Part shown: piece by piece, positions 11,581 to 26,700 of the stretch | How positions within the stretch are numbered: the first letter of the stretch is position 1 | Layout of the letters: each line of letters begins with the position of its first letter | Assembly (NCBI GenBank): GCA_977016875.1 | Contig: CDRNST010000004.1 | Coordinates: 1,488,001-1,552,000, forward strand | Direction: 5' to 3' | DNA from: Pavona decussata | Taxonomy: Eukaryota | Length of the DNA stretch: 64,000 bases | Position numbers and translations under genes: made by a program | Notes under the pieces: generated by a model | Database searches by the model: none | Told to the model about the DNA's origin: nothing | The model's input: the letters and a program-made list of their open reading frames with translations, nothing else

Positions 11581-14500
11581 TCACTTCCCCAACTTTTCGT
11601 TTCTGGAACCAGCGGCAAATTCTTCAAAGTCCTGAAAGCCAAAAACAACCAAAATTAGGGAAAAGAGAGAAACATTTCAAACATCCAAACCACAATAACT
11701 TAATACATAGCAAACACTTCTTATATACTGTTGAATAAAAAAACTCGAGAGATTCACATCTAACAATCAAACTTCCCTGCGTAAGAGAAACAGCAGAGCC
11801 AATGGAAAAAATGATATACCATTAAAAATTAATCTTGGTCAGCTACAACTCCTCTTAGGATGGTAATAGAAGACTAGAATAGACTAGAATATATAACTGG
11901 AATATGGTGATGGGGATGTTCGACGGAAATTGTGAAATAAACCCTGAAAAGATATCACAAACTCGTTATGTATATGTGTGGGGCGTGGCTCGAGTTCCCT
12001 TTCACCCTAAGAGGTACCAATTCCTGTTATATTTTCCCGGCTTATAATCTAAAAGGTACCAAAATAATTGAGGATGGTGCTTCTTATCTGTAAATTATAA
12101 TCCCTAAATGAAAAGATATTAAGAACACCCCCTTCCCTTTATCGTGCTTTCAAGTACGCCAGTTGCGTAACTGAGTGATAACAAACAACACTTGGTTATG
12201 TCACTGTAGAAAGTGGTGTCTGGCTCACTTGTCCCCAAACTGGAGAGGCCAGTGCTCCAGAAGCCTAAGTGTTTTTTTATTATTATTATTATTTTTATTT
12301 TTTTATCAAAAGCGAGAAGACCATCGAAAGTATTCCTGCGATTAGATGCTGGCATTCGGTTAAACTTTCCTAACAATTCTTCGGTACCTATTTATGCACC
12401 TGCAGTCATTTCAATGGTTGGTCAGTAAATTCTGCACCAACCTTAAAAAGATATTGTTTCAAGACTTGTGCATGATTAACGGTACCACATGCACTTAGAC
12501 TGCGAGCAGTTGTATTATTCCCTCGGATCACGAGCGCAAAGTGAGGCGACTAGCGGCTTCACCGATCGCTAGATCCATCGCGCTCCACAGAATTCGCAGT
12601 CTATATACACTTAAAACAGAGCAGCACATACCTTGATTTGGGACAAAGCATTCATCAAGGTTACCCGGTGACCCTCCGAGCCTCTCTCTGAGGAAACTGA
12701 GCACTTTCGTGACATACTTTCATCCACGCCCTTTTGTGACGTTACAGACAGCCTGTGATTGGTCTCCTCCAATTTGCTTTCATCATCAGTAGGAATTTCC
12801 ACGGACACACTGTGGAATGCCATTTGAGAGCCGCTTGTCGAGTATTTTTTCCGCTTCATTTCTGCACTGTCGGAATACTTTTTCGTCCTTGCAAGAGAGG
12901 AGGAATCGCCTGCGGAGCCTTCTGAACCAGAAGAACCTCTTCTTTCAAGCACCAGCTTCCTGTTGATGATTGGTGAGTCTTTTAAAGCATAGTCATCTTG
13001 GGAGCCTTCGGATGACAATGAAACTCTGCTGTGTTTCGGATCTTTGCTAATGTTATTATTAATATTACTACCAGCCAGAGTTAATTTCCTTCCGCCAACG
13101 GGGGAAATTTTTCTCAGTTCCTGCTCCAGCACTGCCAGCGAAACAGCCGCGCTCTGTTTGCGGGCGGCTTCTAGCGAATGCTGCGACTTTGGCGAATCCT
13201 TTGAATCCTTTGGCGATTTTTCCTCTGTGGACCCCTGGGAGGAGGAGGACTCAGAATGAGAACTTTTAAACTCATCTCGCTTTTGCTGCGCCGGTATTCT
13301 GTTGCCAGCTGGTTTTACAAACGACAGCTTTCTCACTGTCTTTGTTTTCATGACGTTGATACTGTCTAAAGCTTGCGCTTCGTTCATTTTGTTGTCCATT
13401 AAATCTCTTTCAATACTTGCTAATTCCTGATTCACTCGTTGAAGCCTTTCTTCGACTAGTTGCTTATTCTCATTGCTCGCCACCTCATCTTTACCAAGAA
13501 GCTTCTTTACAGTATTTTTCTTGTCGTGCTGCTTGGTAATCTTCTTTTTCAACACATCTTTCTCCAGCGTGAGCGAATTTCTTCGCTTTTTCAGTAAAGT
13601 TTCCTTTTTCAAAGTTTTCAGTTTTTCTTCCTCGGCCAGTTTTTCGAACTGTTCAATTATTTCGTTGGTATCTTGGTAAGGTGATTTCGGAGTTACGTCA
13701 AGTTCCTTTTTCGCTGATTGCGTTGTCGACATAGACACCGTCCTTCGTCTTGTTTCACTAGGTGCTGCCTCTGCAGAGGCGACTGTCTCTGCTGTTCCAG
13801 GAACGGAGCGTTTCTCTTTTAACACCGCAGCCGCAGACCTTCGCCACGCAATTTGAGCCTTCTTCACCTTGTTGAATTTTTGCTGGCCAATTTGTTGCAT
13901 TAACTGTTGGTCCTCAAGAAGTTTGAGCACGCCATCAAGTGACGTCGGTCTCATGGCCGCCAGGTTAGCGGTGTTTGGTGAGGGTGACCCTTCACCCCTG
14001 TCACCTTCCGTTATCAGTTCTTCGTTCTTTGACAGCTCCTTCGGTGAACTAGGATCTGCCGTGCGACTTTCGCTTTCGTCATTCTGCCCAGTTTCTGCTG
14101 GAGACTGGTTTGTGGGTTGCGCGGTATCTAATAGATGCTGCTCATTCAGCTTGGACTCCTGTGCCGCCTCAACGTTGGTAACCTTATGCTGATCCTTTGA
14201 GAACCTGTGGATTGGGAAGAAAAGAATATTACTCTACTAAAAACCGTAAAAATATAACCACTTTTTTCTTGCCCTTAAACAGAATATTCGGGTAGCGAAG
14301 GGAGAGAAGTGAGCGCGAGAACTAAGCACTGCAGTTTGAAGGAAAAAGTGAAAAGCGATCCAAACTCCTGGAACAGGTTGCGCATTAAAACGTCTTTTAC
14401 CAGTAAAACAGAACACTGGTAGACCAGCTCAGATGAAACCTAGTTTAAATGTTCTCCTAAAGATAACGTTACTAAGCAACATCACCAGCCTCTCGCTTTA

Positions 14501-14740
14501 TACCCATTCCCCGATAAAAGGTTTCCAGGATGGGAGAGAAAACAAAATCTTGAGAGCCGCCTGGCACGAACAGCAACTTCTTTAGTGGCATAATGAACAA
14601 GTTTTAATTACAAACGTCTGGGTAAAGAGTTTGATGCTGACTTTTGTTGTTGTTGTTAACCTTAAGACGTTTCGGGTCAGGCTTAACCCGATATGCTGAT
14701 AAGCATGCACGTCTTTGCTTATCTCAACAAAAATAACAGC

Positions 14741-14780
<40 letters not shown>

Positions 14781-17700
14781 GCCAAAGTCAGTGTCACAAT
14801 GCCAACATCCTGACTAGAACTACTCTTTTTCTAATTAAAACAAACGTTTTCTTTACTTTATCCTCGATCCTGTCTCCTATAAGCTACCTTATGTTATCAC
14901 GAATATCCCCCCCCCTGAGTATTGACATTGCTCCCCGAAAGCAGCGTTTCTCTCACACACCTGTTATTGACGTCATCATCCTCAGCTATCACTCTCAACA
15001 TTCTGATCCAGCACAACATTTCCTTCTCATCATCAGTAGCAAAGCAGTAATCCTCCTTTACCGAGGGAACGTTCACTTCGAAACTGAACTTCTTGGTCTT
15101 CCTGTTGGCTCGTCGCACTTCGCAGCTTTTTATAGGAATTGTCAGCACAGGCACAACCTCATCTGGCCTCCTGAACAGGTGTAATCGATCCTCCTGTAAC
15201 ACACACCAGCGCTTTGTCCAAAGTCCTTTACCGTTTCGCATGAACAGGCAGGAAGAGTGTTTGATATTCATGAGCAGATCTGGTGACACGTGGACATTCG
15301 GCACAGTGCGGCTGCGCCGTTTGCGTTTGCCAGAAAAATGTTGGAAGACTGGGATGGCGTTGGAGATGGATCGATGGAGCTTCGTTCTTGTTTTTCTCTC
15401 TTCCTCCTGCATTCAGGGATTCAAAGAAAATAGGTTATTACAAAGTAATACACAGATAGTTGTTGGGTTACTAGAGATCATTTAAACTAAACTTTGTCAA
15501 AGAAGCTATGTCACGAGTTTCAATGACAATGTTTACTTGGGTACAGAAAAAAGGAGGGTCGTTTATGACACATCGCAAAAACAATTGGCTTCAACTGGGC
15601 CTTGTTCAAACAGAACATAACGAAGGTCGTTGGCAAGGGAAAGGGTCACTTTAATACGAGGACGATCATGCAGAGATATTCAACTATAGTTTCAGCAACA
15701 GGTTTTCTAAGATTTAATCTTCCAGTCATTAGAAACCAGCGCACGCAGCTTAGTATGCAGTACTGGTGTACTTTGGGGCGAGCTTGGATTATGACGAGAA
15801 GAAGACTGGGGAGAGGCCAACATCTGGGCGTCAGGTAGCAAAAAAACTCGTTCCATCTCCCTACGATTGGAAATCCAAGATGGCAGCCCAATGAAAGAAA
15901 GACCGTGATGGAGCACTCGGCCATAAGAAAACGGCTGCACTGCATGCTACACGCAGCTGAAAACCATCATGTTACTCAACAATGATTGCGTGCTCTATGT
16001 ACCTGCTCTCCTTCAGAAAATGACCGCCATCTTTCCACCGGCTCGACGACAGGCTCAGACTGTGGTAGATTTTCTACAGCGGGCTCACACTCGTCGCTCT
16101 CTGAATTGGACACGTCACCAGCTGTGGACGGCTGCAAAATGAAAAGCATCCATGTCAACAAAACGGTATTCACCATGATCTTAAGGCGAATGTCTATTTC
16201 AAACATTTCTACAGTACCATCCGACTGACATGAACACTTAGAGAAACAAATCACAACGAGAAAGAGTATACAACGGAACCCAAGAGACGGCCAGATTGTC
16301 AGAGGAAGTCTAGTAAACTTAAAAAAAAAATCACAACGTTGTAAGCTTTCGAAAATGCAACGTTTAAAAAATAGTTATGATTAACGTATAGGAGCCTGGA
16401 TGATCGGCACACTTCATTAAGACGCTGTTCTGTACTAATCGGAGGACGTTGTCCTGTTACTCTCAAAGGAGCTAAGACTAAAAAAGGACTTGAAGGGAGC
16501 CACCAGTATTTGGAATAAAGTAATCTGGTACACACTTGTCAAAACGTCTGTTATATGGACGAAATCATGATGTGTGACCATGCAGAAAGAGATAGTGAGC
16601 AGGAGTGTTGTTAGGTGTTTTGTGTATTTATCTCAAGAGGACATTTAGAAATGAACCATGGCTACTAACCCGAGGTGAAGGATTAAGCGGTGTGTTAGGT
16701 CTCGCAGGGTGATGCGATTTTCCAACCTCTTCTATCTTTTGAAACACTTCATCTCTGTCGACAGAGTCGCCTTTTGATTTGAGCAGCGAGGTAGCTGGAC
16801 CGTGGCTTGTTCTGTCGTCCTCTGTTGAGCTCCAAGTTAGCACCGGTCTGCGATTAACTTTAGGTGAATGCACTACTGCTTCACTGACGCACGTCTTCCA
16901 CTTAAGATAATCTGTTGCAAAGAACACAAATATACGAGAGAATTGATTAAAACAAGCAGCTTCGAAGTTGGTATCCAGCTAAGAAAGCAAAAGAGTGACG
17001 AATTGATTTTGCGTGACAAAAACGTCCTTGCTCAATTCAATGGCGTCTTTGTTTTTACCCTATGAGAGCAGACGCCTTTCCGGCTTTTGTTTCACCCACA
17101 GCGAAACAAATTCGGAAAAGACGTCTGCTCTCATGGGGTGTGACGTTTTGACTTAACACCCAAAATTTCAGTGTCACAATTAATTATACCCAGTAGGATA
17201 CACTATCCATCAGTAAGGCTACTTTGCAAAATTAAACACCAGCATGAGCTGCAGAGGTCGGCGACCTCTGCAGCTCATCTTGGTCTTTTAATTTTATCGG
17301 ACAAAGACAAACTCTCTGTACTCTAGAAAGGACTAACTACTGATCAGTTCCTAAATTAACCACGTTTTTCAGCCCCACTATGACCATCCGCACTTTCCAG
17401 TATCTCTGTCCTTATTTCATCATTAAAAAACTTTATTTTGAAGGATCTTTGATAATACGAGATAATGTGAGTTAAACAAGACATCCTCGTTCCTGGGGCG
17501 AGGCTGAGCCAGAACTGGATAAGGGAGTTAACTTTTTTAAAGAACTGTCAGTGGTGCTGCGTCGGTAGGGGATTAGGTTTTATCAACTGAGTTGATAAGG
17601 TAATTTGGCCATCGTAAAACAGTAAAAGGCAAAATAACCTCTATCAAATCAGTTGATAAAACCTAACATTCGTGCGCCAAAAATAGCTTGACTTACGACC

Positions 17701-20700
17701 TCCTAACGAGTGCGTACCTGACTCGCTTTCAGCCTGTAGGTAGTGAGATCGCCCCAAGGTCCTTCTAATCTCCATAACAAACGGGCGCTGTGCGTTACTC
17801 CAGTCCCTCACTACACAGTTACTTAGCTTGATTTTCACGACAACGGAGTCGCTGCTTTCTTTGTCGTCGTAAACATGAAGAGTGTGGTTTTCAAGTTTGA
17901 CCTAGAAAACAAAAATAACGAGGATAAGAGTTATTTCTGTACACCATGTTACAACTGATATTGGACGAGCGCCTAGCAGTCGCCAGAATTAGCTCGTTCG
18001 TCACAACACCCTAATAAAAAGCACAAAACAATTTCAAGAATGGCCGCTATGGTAATGACCATGAAATCATTATGATGATGTTTGGCAAGTAATGAATTAA
18101 AACGTTTATAGGCAGCAAATTTCGAGACGCAATACCATACCGTCGAAGATTAAGACAGAAGATAATTTTACCCACACTCAGTGGATGAAAACTGCTTTGC
18201 ATAGAAAAGTGATTGGTTTGACGTCCTCTTAAGTGAACAGCTTACTGCATAACAACAAACAACAAGTGTACTCGATGAATAGCTACCTTGATTAGGGTTG
18301 GTTGTTTACACCTGACAAACTATTGTCAGCAGAATTTAATGGTTTGAGATGGGACATTAATATTCAGTTAGTAAGAAGCGTCCATGGCTAGTTTATACAT
18401 TAAAAGAGCTTAAGGTTGGAATCTTTCTTTCAGTTTTTACTTATGATTAAGTGGAGGCTGTGCGATAAAGTCATGCATGTCATCGTTGTAGGTGGGTGAT
18501 GGGGGCTACTGACAGAGGATACCATCTTTCTGGGGCTCGGTGGTGCTTTCCGAGTTCAGTAATTTTGACCGTTTCCCTCAGAGAATTTATCGCGGAACTG
18601 GGACAGGCATGTGACGTAAAAACCGCAGAAAGTATAGTGCAAAGTAAACAACTATACCATGCCTGCTAAGTATTTCCGCATATGTTGAAGAGTAATATGA
18701 AATTTTATCACGTTTTTAAACCGAAGCACTCGTAGTAAACAACAATAGATAAAGCTTTCAAACCTTCTGGCTAATTGTTTTGCTCTCAATTTAAAACAAG
18801 CAACGAACAGAGCAAGCCACGCCTAGAGAACGACCATCTTGACGTTACTTGTATTACCACAACATAAACCAAGCCATAGATAACACTGTAAAGAAATAAA
18901 CATACCCAACACTTTAGCCATGTATCTTCTTCGACGCGTTGATTCAGAAAGCCCTCCATGGAATGAGAAGAGGACACTTCAAGTCTTTCAACTTGAGTGT
19001 GATTCTCCGTTCCAGTTGAGTCATCTAGAATAAAGAAGATGACGGAATGAAATAAAATGACGTATGACACGCGATCACTTCAGATGACGGTATGTGAAGT
19101 ACCTTGCGTTAAACAGGCCCAACGGGGACAAATTGATAACAATCGTTCGGTGTTGCATGACACAAAACGAACAGTAAAAACAGTACAGAGTAACTTGAAT
19201 CATATGCTTTAACAAGGGGCTTTCGCATATCAAAAGCGGAGGCGTAACATTCTACCAACGGGCTACGTGAATGAATAATTTTGAAGCATAAGTTCTAAGT
19301 TAAAGGCGAATGATATGGGCACTTGGGTTTGCGGCTGCAAGTACCGGCTGTTATTTTATGCCTCGATTGCTTTACATCAATGTAAGTGCTCTGAGCTTCA
19401 GTTTACACCAAAGAATCTCAAGTAATTGTCAAAAGTTCTCATACGTTTTGTTTTAGACTAGGATTGAATAGACTGTAAACTTGCTTTTTTAGCTCTTTTT
19501 TTCTGTCCGAAATCACGCGAAAAAGAAGCTTCAGAAAGCAAACTGTTTATTGCAAAGTAATCATGAACATGCCGGCTAGGATAAGCAATATACACAGAGA
19601 AAAACAAATCTTTCTAATTTTATCCACGACACAAAAACCGGGATGACGATATTTCATGTGAAGCCTAGAATATTGAGAGGGAGTTACGAAGCACGTAGAG
19701 GGTGAACCCGTCACGTAACGTTCCCAATGTTCCACTTGAATTACAGCACGAAAATTAACATAACAGAGAAATAAAAGCACTAGAGCAAAACCAAACAGTG
19801 CATTCTGAAATAACTTTACTCGTAGATTTTGAAATGTCGCTAATATAATCGCCATTCCTTCCCTCTCAAATGACCATCCATGCATTAGTTTGGATTTCTA
19901 CTCTATTAAAGCTAGTAGAAGTAAAGCTTTTAACCTAAAGTTGTTAAAGGTTGTAACCCACTCTTGTTGACATGAAAACTATAACACAAAGCGCCGGCAA
20001 GGTTTGTTCACGGGCCTCATCGAGCCAGTGTTTATTGATTCAGTTCCCGTGCGATAAAGTCGACAAAGAGGGTTCTAACACAGGCTGTTATATCTCAAGC
20101 TACCGACACTCATTTCTTAGGGTTTTTTCTGCAATTTGCTGGTGAATTAATACAAGTGGGTAATCAATTCATCATGACACCCAAACGTTTCAAACTCTGT
20201 CATTTTAGATTTATTTTGACAGACAATTTGCGGTACTCATTTATACACAGCTGGGTGGGTCAGAGGCATGTAACTCGCAGACTATGAAAAAGGCTTACCT
20301 TGATTTTGTTCAGCGTCAGTTTTGTGGTGCACTAAAACGAATCCATCCTCGACGCTTCCACTTATTGTAACATCCACCACAGGCGGAACGTGAAACGTAC
20401 CAGTGGGTACAGCCTTTTGCTTTGTCTTGGTAAGCTTATGTCCTAATGTACTGAATATGGACGTCACCTTTTTACCATCCACAGGCGAAATTTCTTTGTT
20501 CCTTTTATTGGATGTCTTCGATTTGTTTTCTGAAACTGACGGACTACCTGGAGCGGACAGTGCGGAGTGCGAGTCATTAGGCGACGCACACCCGTGAAAC
20601 TCGTTTTTCTCGGGCGAATCTGGCAGAGAAACTGCGAAACAAACAGGGGCCAAACTTTTAGTACACTTCAATCCCATTATCAACAACATACTCCAAGCTA

Positions 20701-23700
20701 AAACCGTGGTTAGTTGTCCTTGGTTATGTACGTGACATTTTTCAATAGGCCTTTGTTAGTGAAATGAGTGAGCAGCTTTACATTTGTTCGTTACATCCGG
20801 AAGTTCCCATTAGCGGAGGTGCTAACCATTTTAAGGAAAATCAGCAAAATGCGTCAATCCGTTCGGAAAGCCTCAGAAAAATATGGGAAAGTTACCAGTT
20901 GAGGTCAGGCACTTTTAGCTTTTCTTTTCTTTCTTCTTTCCGATTGAAGCTCGTATCTATTTATTTTCACTTCTCGTCAGTGGGAAATTTCCTCTTTTTG
21001 TCTTTTTCCTTTTTTTTCTTTGCTTCCTTTTCCTCTTTTCTTTTTCTATTTTCACAAATGGTATGTAAGCCTCCTGATATTCATCACAATCTACACAATT
21101 TTCTCTGTATACGGCACACCTTTTAGCAGTGATCTAATTCCTTCTGATACATCCGCATTTTAAATACCTCATTAAGCCGGCGAGTTGTGAGAATAAGACT
21201 TTCAATTTCAACCATTAACTACATGTATCGAACAAGGTTGAACCTCCACCTCAGTGTGGCCTCTCTACAACGGCTGCGTTATTTTGTCCCGAAAACCGGC
21301 ATTCATTTACTCCTCAGACACCTCCCCACAACCACAGCTCTAGTAAATCGGGTTCGAATATGGCCTGTCAGAGTGTGTGCCGAAACCGGTGGCCTTTGTA
21401 GAGAGTTTCCGCTCTGGTATCAGAACCTTAATGAAATCGGCGGTGTACCAGGCGGGGGCGACACTCATCCTTTTTTGGACGTTAGAGGATGCAAACAAAT
21501 GGGTAAAAAATGATCACCAGGAACAAAGATTCGATGTATACATGACTTCTGTGCCATCTTGAGAAAACAAAATATAAATACATGTTATGTTTCAGTCACG
21601 ATTGCACACAAATTTTATTGTGCCGGCGGATCAGAGGACCCGACACCAGGATGTGGTTACTTTCCCGCCAAAATCAGCGCGGTGACGGCGGCCGCGAAAA
21701 AGACGAAAACGAGGCAACAAACAGAACGAGAAAGGAGAGCACTGAGAAGTTGCTGTACAGCGAACAAAAATTTGGTAAGTCTTTAATTAAAAATTAATTT
21801 TGAAATGAATGTCACTGTAAGGACTTTAATGGGTATTTTATTTGAAGAAACTAGTCATTTATATCCAAAAGTATCACCAAATAGCCATAAAAACAAACCG
21901 CCAGACAATCTCCCGCTTTTCGCTCGCCGACGACTCGCGGTGGCGAGACAAACAAGAAAAGCAAAGATGGCCGTTTGAAGATAACGAATAACTTACTTGG
22001 TGAATTTTCAATGGCGTCTATTTCATCTTTCAAAACCATTAACCATTCCTCCAGTTCGGCTTCATTTTCAGCGGCAAATAGCAGGTCTTCCCTCTCACAA
22101 GTCAATACAAACATGTGCGGTTTCTCAGGCTCGCTCTCCTCCACAGTTTTGATGGATGTTTCTTGTAAAGGAACCTCCAGCTCAGCTGTTCCGATTCCAA
22201 AGTCTTTATAACAGAAAAGCGACTGTTCTTTGACTACACACCACCGGTTTTTCCAGTTCGGACCTTTCTTACGAAGCAAATACCCAGAAAATGTAGTGCT
22301 TTGAAATGAAGACAGATTTCGCGGGCTTTTGGTGAGGTCATCTTTCCGAACTGCCGGTGAAAGAAGCGAACGGAGAAAATGTCAAAATACGGTCCGCTTT
22401 ATACTCAGCCAGACATTTAGTTTATAATTATTACAATTCCAGAATCTTCCATTTGTATTTATATTTGCGTTTGCATGTAGCCAATGCTCAGGGTCTCTCC
22501 TTTATTTTTAAGAATAGTGAGCGTTAAACGCGTGTGCACGCGAAGACCGCTTTCCACGAAAGGACGCGACGCGTATCCTCGCGGAAGGCAATTTTCACGT
22601 CTTTCTCTCCTTTACTATGCCTGAGAAAATACACTCTGTTCTTTTTATAAGAATATTGGTTTTCCGGCCCAGGCTGAATATTTTTGTGAATATTCTTACA
22701 TTAAAGCCATCGAACTGTCATTAGCATCAAACATTTGGCTAGTGCTGGTTTTTATCGTTTTATTGCGTTTTGTTGTTTAGAGAAAGAAAGAATTTTATAC
22801 GGTTTAGTTAAAAACATATAATAATTATTGTACTGCACTGAAAAATTTTCAACACACAAAATTGGCTTTTCAAAATCTCAGCCTCGGGTTATTTAAAATC
22901 TTCTTAAAATTTTGTAAATTTCAGCCTCGATATTTTTATAAAGAGAAAAGAGTGTAAGAGACTGCTCATAGTCTATGCTTAGACCAGCATAATGTATTTA
23001 CAAAACTATAAAATAGATAATTAGGAACTGGAGTCACATATTGCAGCCCACAGTTATTTCAATATTTATTTTCAATAATGTACATACCTTTATTGAAGAA
23101 AGACCCTGTTATTCTTGATTTGACACGCATAGCTTTAGAAGACAATGAAGTTACTAGTGAGCTATGTCTTTTCACTTTTGAGCCGGGGGTTTGAAGCTCC
23201 GAAGTTGAAGATGACTTTCCTTCACTATGAGTGGACAGGAAACTCCCTCCCAGGCTCTCTGCAGTAATAATAACCATAGAAACAGAGTTAACAACTAATT
23301 TGGAGGAACAGCAGAGGAACAGCTTTTACTGCATGTTCTCCTTTCATGTTTCCAGCCTCATGTCACATTGTCTGAAGTTGAAATCTTAACCAAGATCTCA
23401 CTCATCTCTCTCTTATTTCCTGTGTGAAAATTTAAATGTGTGCATATTGGAAAATAAATTGCAATTATTGTAGTATTGACCAGGAAAACCTGCCTCAGTA
23501 TGAACAGGCCCTTACAAAAGAAAGGAAAACTTTAGCAAGATTATTTACTTGATTTTCTCATTAGAATCTGCATCCTAACACTACAATTTTGATGAGGTTT
23601 GTTTCAACTTTGCTAGGAACCATAATTGTATGATCTCCATCTTTTAACTCACCATTAACTTTTCCCATGGAGTTAGCCTTGGATACCTTCTTTTTCTTTT

Positions 23701-26700
23701 TTCCTCCACTACTTGAAATCTTGCATCCTTGGATAATATCTGGTAAAATCTAAGAACAAAGCAAAGAATGCCAATAATTCATAAACAGGACTACAAAGAA
23801 TAAACCTTCTAATGCAATTTTTAACTCATTATCACAGGTTGTTTGCTTTAGTAGCATAACCCGTCAGTTTTCCCCAACATCACACCAATACAGGGCTATC
23901 GTTAAGCTTTAAAGAAGCTGCCTCCACAAGGAAAATCTACAGGGGGTCATAAATGTAATAAAAGTTTGGTTGCCTATTGCATTCCAGGCATCTTCAAACT
24001 CTAAGAAGCTGGCCGTCTTCACTGTTGTTTCCAGTCATAATAGCTGGCTGTCAGATGACACCCATCTTTATACCCGAGAGGGTAAAGTCAAACCCCCTTC
24101 ATCACTGACCAGATAGCCCTGAGCCTGTAAAAACAACCACTTCGTATTGTTTCTGGCCACTCGGGGAGTCCTGTATTTTTGGGCAGACTATTACAGGCTT
24201 TAAAATTTTAGATATGGTTAGAGGGGATTGTAAAAACCACCATGAGTAGTTAATATTTAAATGCCTTATTTCACATTGTAAACTTTCAAAGTTTTCCAAG
24301 TGTAGCTTGCCAAATGACTACCCATAGGGCCCAATGTTGTCTGAAAACTCCCCCTTGTCCACCCCCAATAATTGTGCTGATGGTAACTACTACAATAAAT
24401 ATTGATAGACTTACAATGTAACTGGCAGGAATGATTTATTGACACTAACGTCAAAATTTATATTGATGTGTTCCTTTTACCTCTTGCAGCTCCTGAAATG
24501 ACTCATCCTCATCCAGTCCTGGTGCAAGGTCATTATTCATGACCAACATCTCATCTTCATCATCAAGGCCTATTTTCCACTGAGCCAAAGGCCCAACATC
24601 ATTTGAATGAGTTCTGTCTTTACTTTCAGTCCAGCTCTTAGAAGGTTCCACAATTTTGGGTGAATCAAGACAACCTGAGAGCTTCCTTCTCCTTGACGGG
24701 TCATTCTTTTCCAGTGTATCAACAGTGAGACTATTTCTTTCTGGGCTTGATTCTTTACCATTGAGTTGGAGGTAAGTATCATATGAAATAAATGATGGAC
24801 TCTCTGGTACGTCGCAACTATCCTCATCCTCTTCAAGTCTTGAAATTACATAATTCACGACATAAACCCACTCTTGCCGTGAATGTTCTTCTGTTGTTGC
24901 AAAAGTGATAGTCTCGTGTATTCTTGGAACTGACAAAGTAATTGGAAACATCCTACTTTTCTTCCTGTCAGTTGGGATGATTTTAGCTCCTTTCAAAGGG
25001 ATCTGGAACAACATCTTAGTCTCTGATCTGTGTCGAAAACATGTTAAGCAGTGATCATTGATTGTAAACCACCTTTTGTGCCAGCCAGGATGTTCCCTTA
25101 TATACAAAACACCACTATGAAGTTCCCCCAACTCATTTGGTTGAAGGTCAAGTTTGTTAACTGAATAATCAACAAATACATTATCCCCTGTAAAATAGCC
25201 TTCCTCCTGGCCATTGGCATCACTTTCCCAGCCATCATGGACTTCAAACTCAGCACTGCCTGTTTCTGAGATGATTGTCTCTCTTGACCATGTATCCACT
25301 GAATCCAACATAGGTAGATCAAGAGTATCTTTATGTATTGTTGCATCTGCCTGAGGCAATGATGAACTGCATAGAAAGATTCCACTTTCTTCGGTGCTAT
25401 CTGTACCTTTGCGGCATGGCAAACTATCAGCACTGTCCTGTGAATTAATAACATTTCGAGATATGTATCAAGTACAGTTGTTACCAGGCACTGGGAAATT
25501 TTTAAATCTTTCATCAGTTCAACTTCATTAGTGGCTCAGTAGCAATAAATGCTCCTGCAAATAGTTATCCTTTGGGAACCTGGGGATAATTACACTGGTA
25601 ACTCTGTATGTCAGCTCTACATGTACTTATCAAATAACTGTTTCATACAGCGTAGTTACTCTAAATCTGCCCCCTTAAAATTTAAAACTAATTAAAAATA
25701 TGTGCCCACTGGTGTGATCATCTGAGCTGAGACTTGCTGTTGATTAAATTTATTTCTAGCTGTACCACCTTGGATTTCTTGATTTATTATACAAGTCTCA
25801 AAAAACCCAGAAAATTGACTCGCCAGTAATCCAAACCAATATAGTAATACTAAGATGATATAAACATGCAAAATATATATATATATAAAAAAAAAACTTT
25901 CAAATTTTCATTAAAAAATCAAATTTTTCAAACAATTCCTGTCAAAATATGGTTTCTATGGAAACAATTAAATTCTGCAAGCAATAACATTTATAGTTAT
26001 ATGTAGTTATAGTTGCCTGATAAATTTTTGAGCAATTTGCAAAGTTCCTTGGCTATTGTTTGGATATAAAAAAAAGTTAAAATAAATGTAAATATTTGAA
26101 ATCCATGCACACACTCCTCCATTGTCTAAGGAAGGTTTAAGAAAGGAAGCATGAAGCAAAAATGGAATTTCAAGAGGGGCGGGGGGTTTAAACCAATAAA
26201 GCCTTCTGGAAGAATGTAATATAAATACAGTCAACTCCCGACAACTCGAACCCTCGCTAATTCGAACCTTGCGCTAACTCGAACCAATTATTTCCCTTTC
26301 CTTTCAGGTCTACATAATTTTACCCTCGATAACTCGAACTCCTGATAACTTGAACCTTTTTCAATTTCCCTTGAAGGTTTGAGTTATCGGGAGTCGACTG
26401 TAGTGTTGGATTTGCATAATTAACTATTCTGTGTCATCTAGAGCACTATTATGAGTTTTGCGTTTGTATTGTACATTATGTCAGAGGTCAAAACGTTTCC
26501 CAAAGTTATCAAAAACATCTTCTGAATTACATGAAAATGGGCTGGAATAAAAAATAATAGAAAGTAAAATTTTGAACTGAATGCTATAACATGATAGCTA
26601 TTTGCTTGGATCACACACATGGTCTGTACTTGTTTTGAATGCATTAAATTTGTAACTTGACATAAACTTCATAAAAAACAAGTTCATTGATTGATAAAAT

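Noticed and set aside
12611-12631. C-terminus VCAALF as the real protein end or a prenylation signal
   Set aside because: AAG|GTATGT at 12632 is a strong donor that splices in frame to exon 11581-11631. The Cys is also fifth from the end, so it is not a CaaX box.
14582-15184. Poly-Asn / poly-Val ORFs
   Set aside because: Products of the (AAC)13 microsatellite.
13044-16228. Several plus-strand ORFs (e.g. 13044, 13473, 13869, 15093, 15986)
   Set aside because: These are antisense shadows of the PH-gene exons with no recognisable motifs.
21187-21797. GC-richer ORF cluster inside a PH-gene intron
   Set aside because: No recognisable domain, and no frame-preserving acceptor/donor pair was found. 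The flanking exons join in phase without it, though a cryptic alternative exon cannot be excluded.
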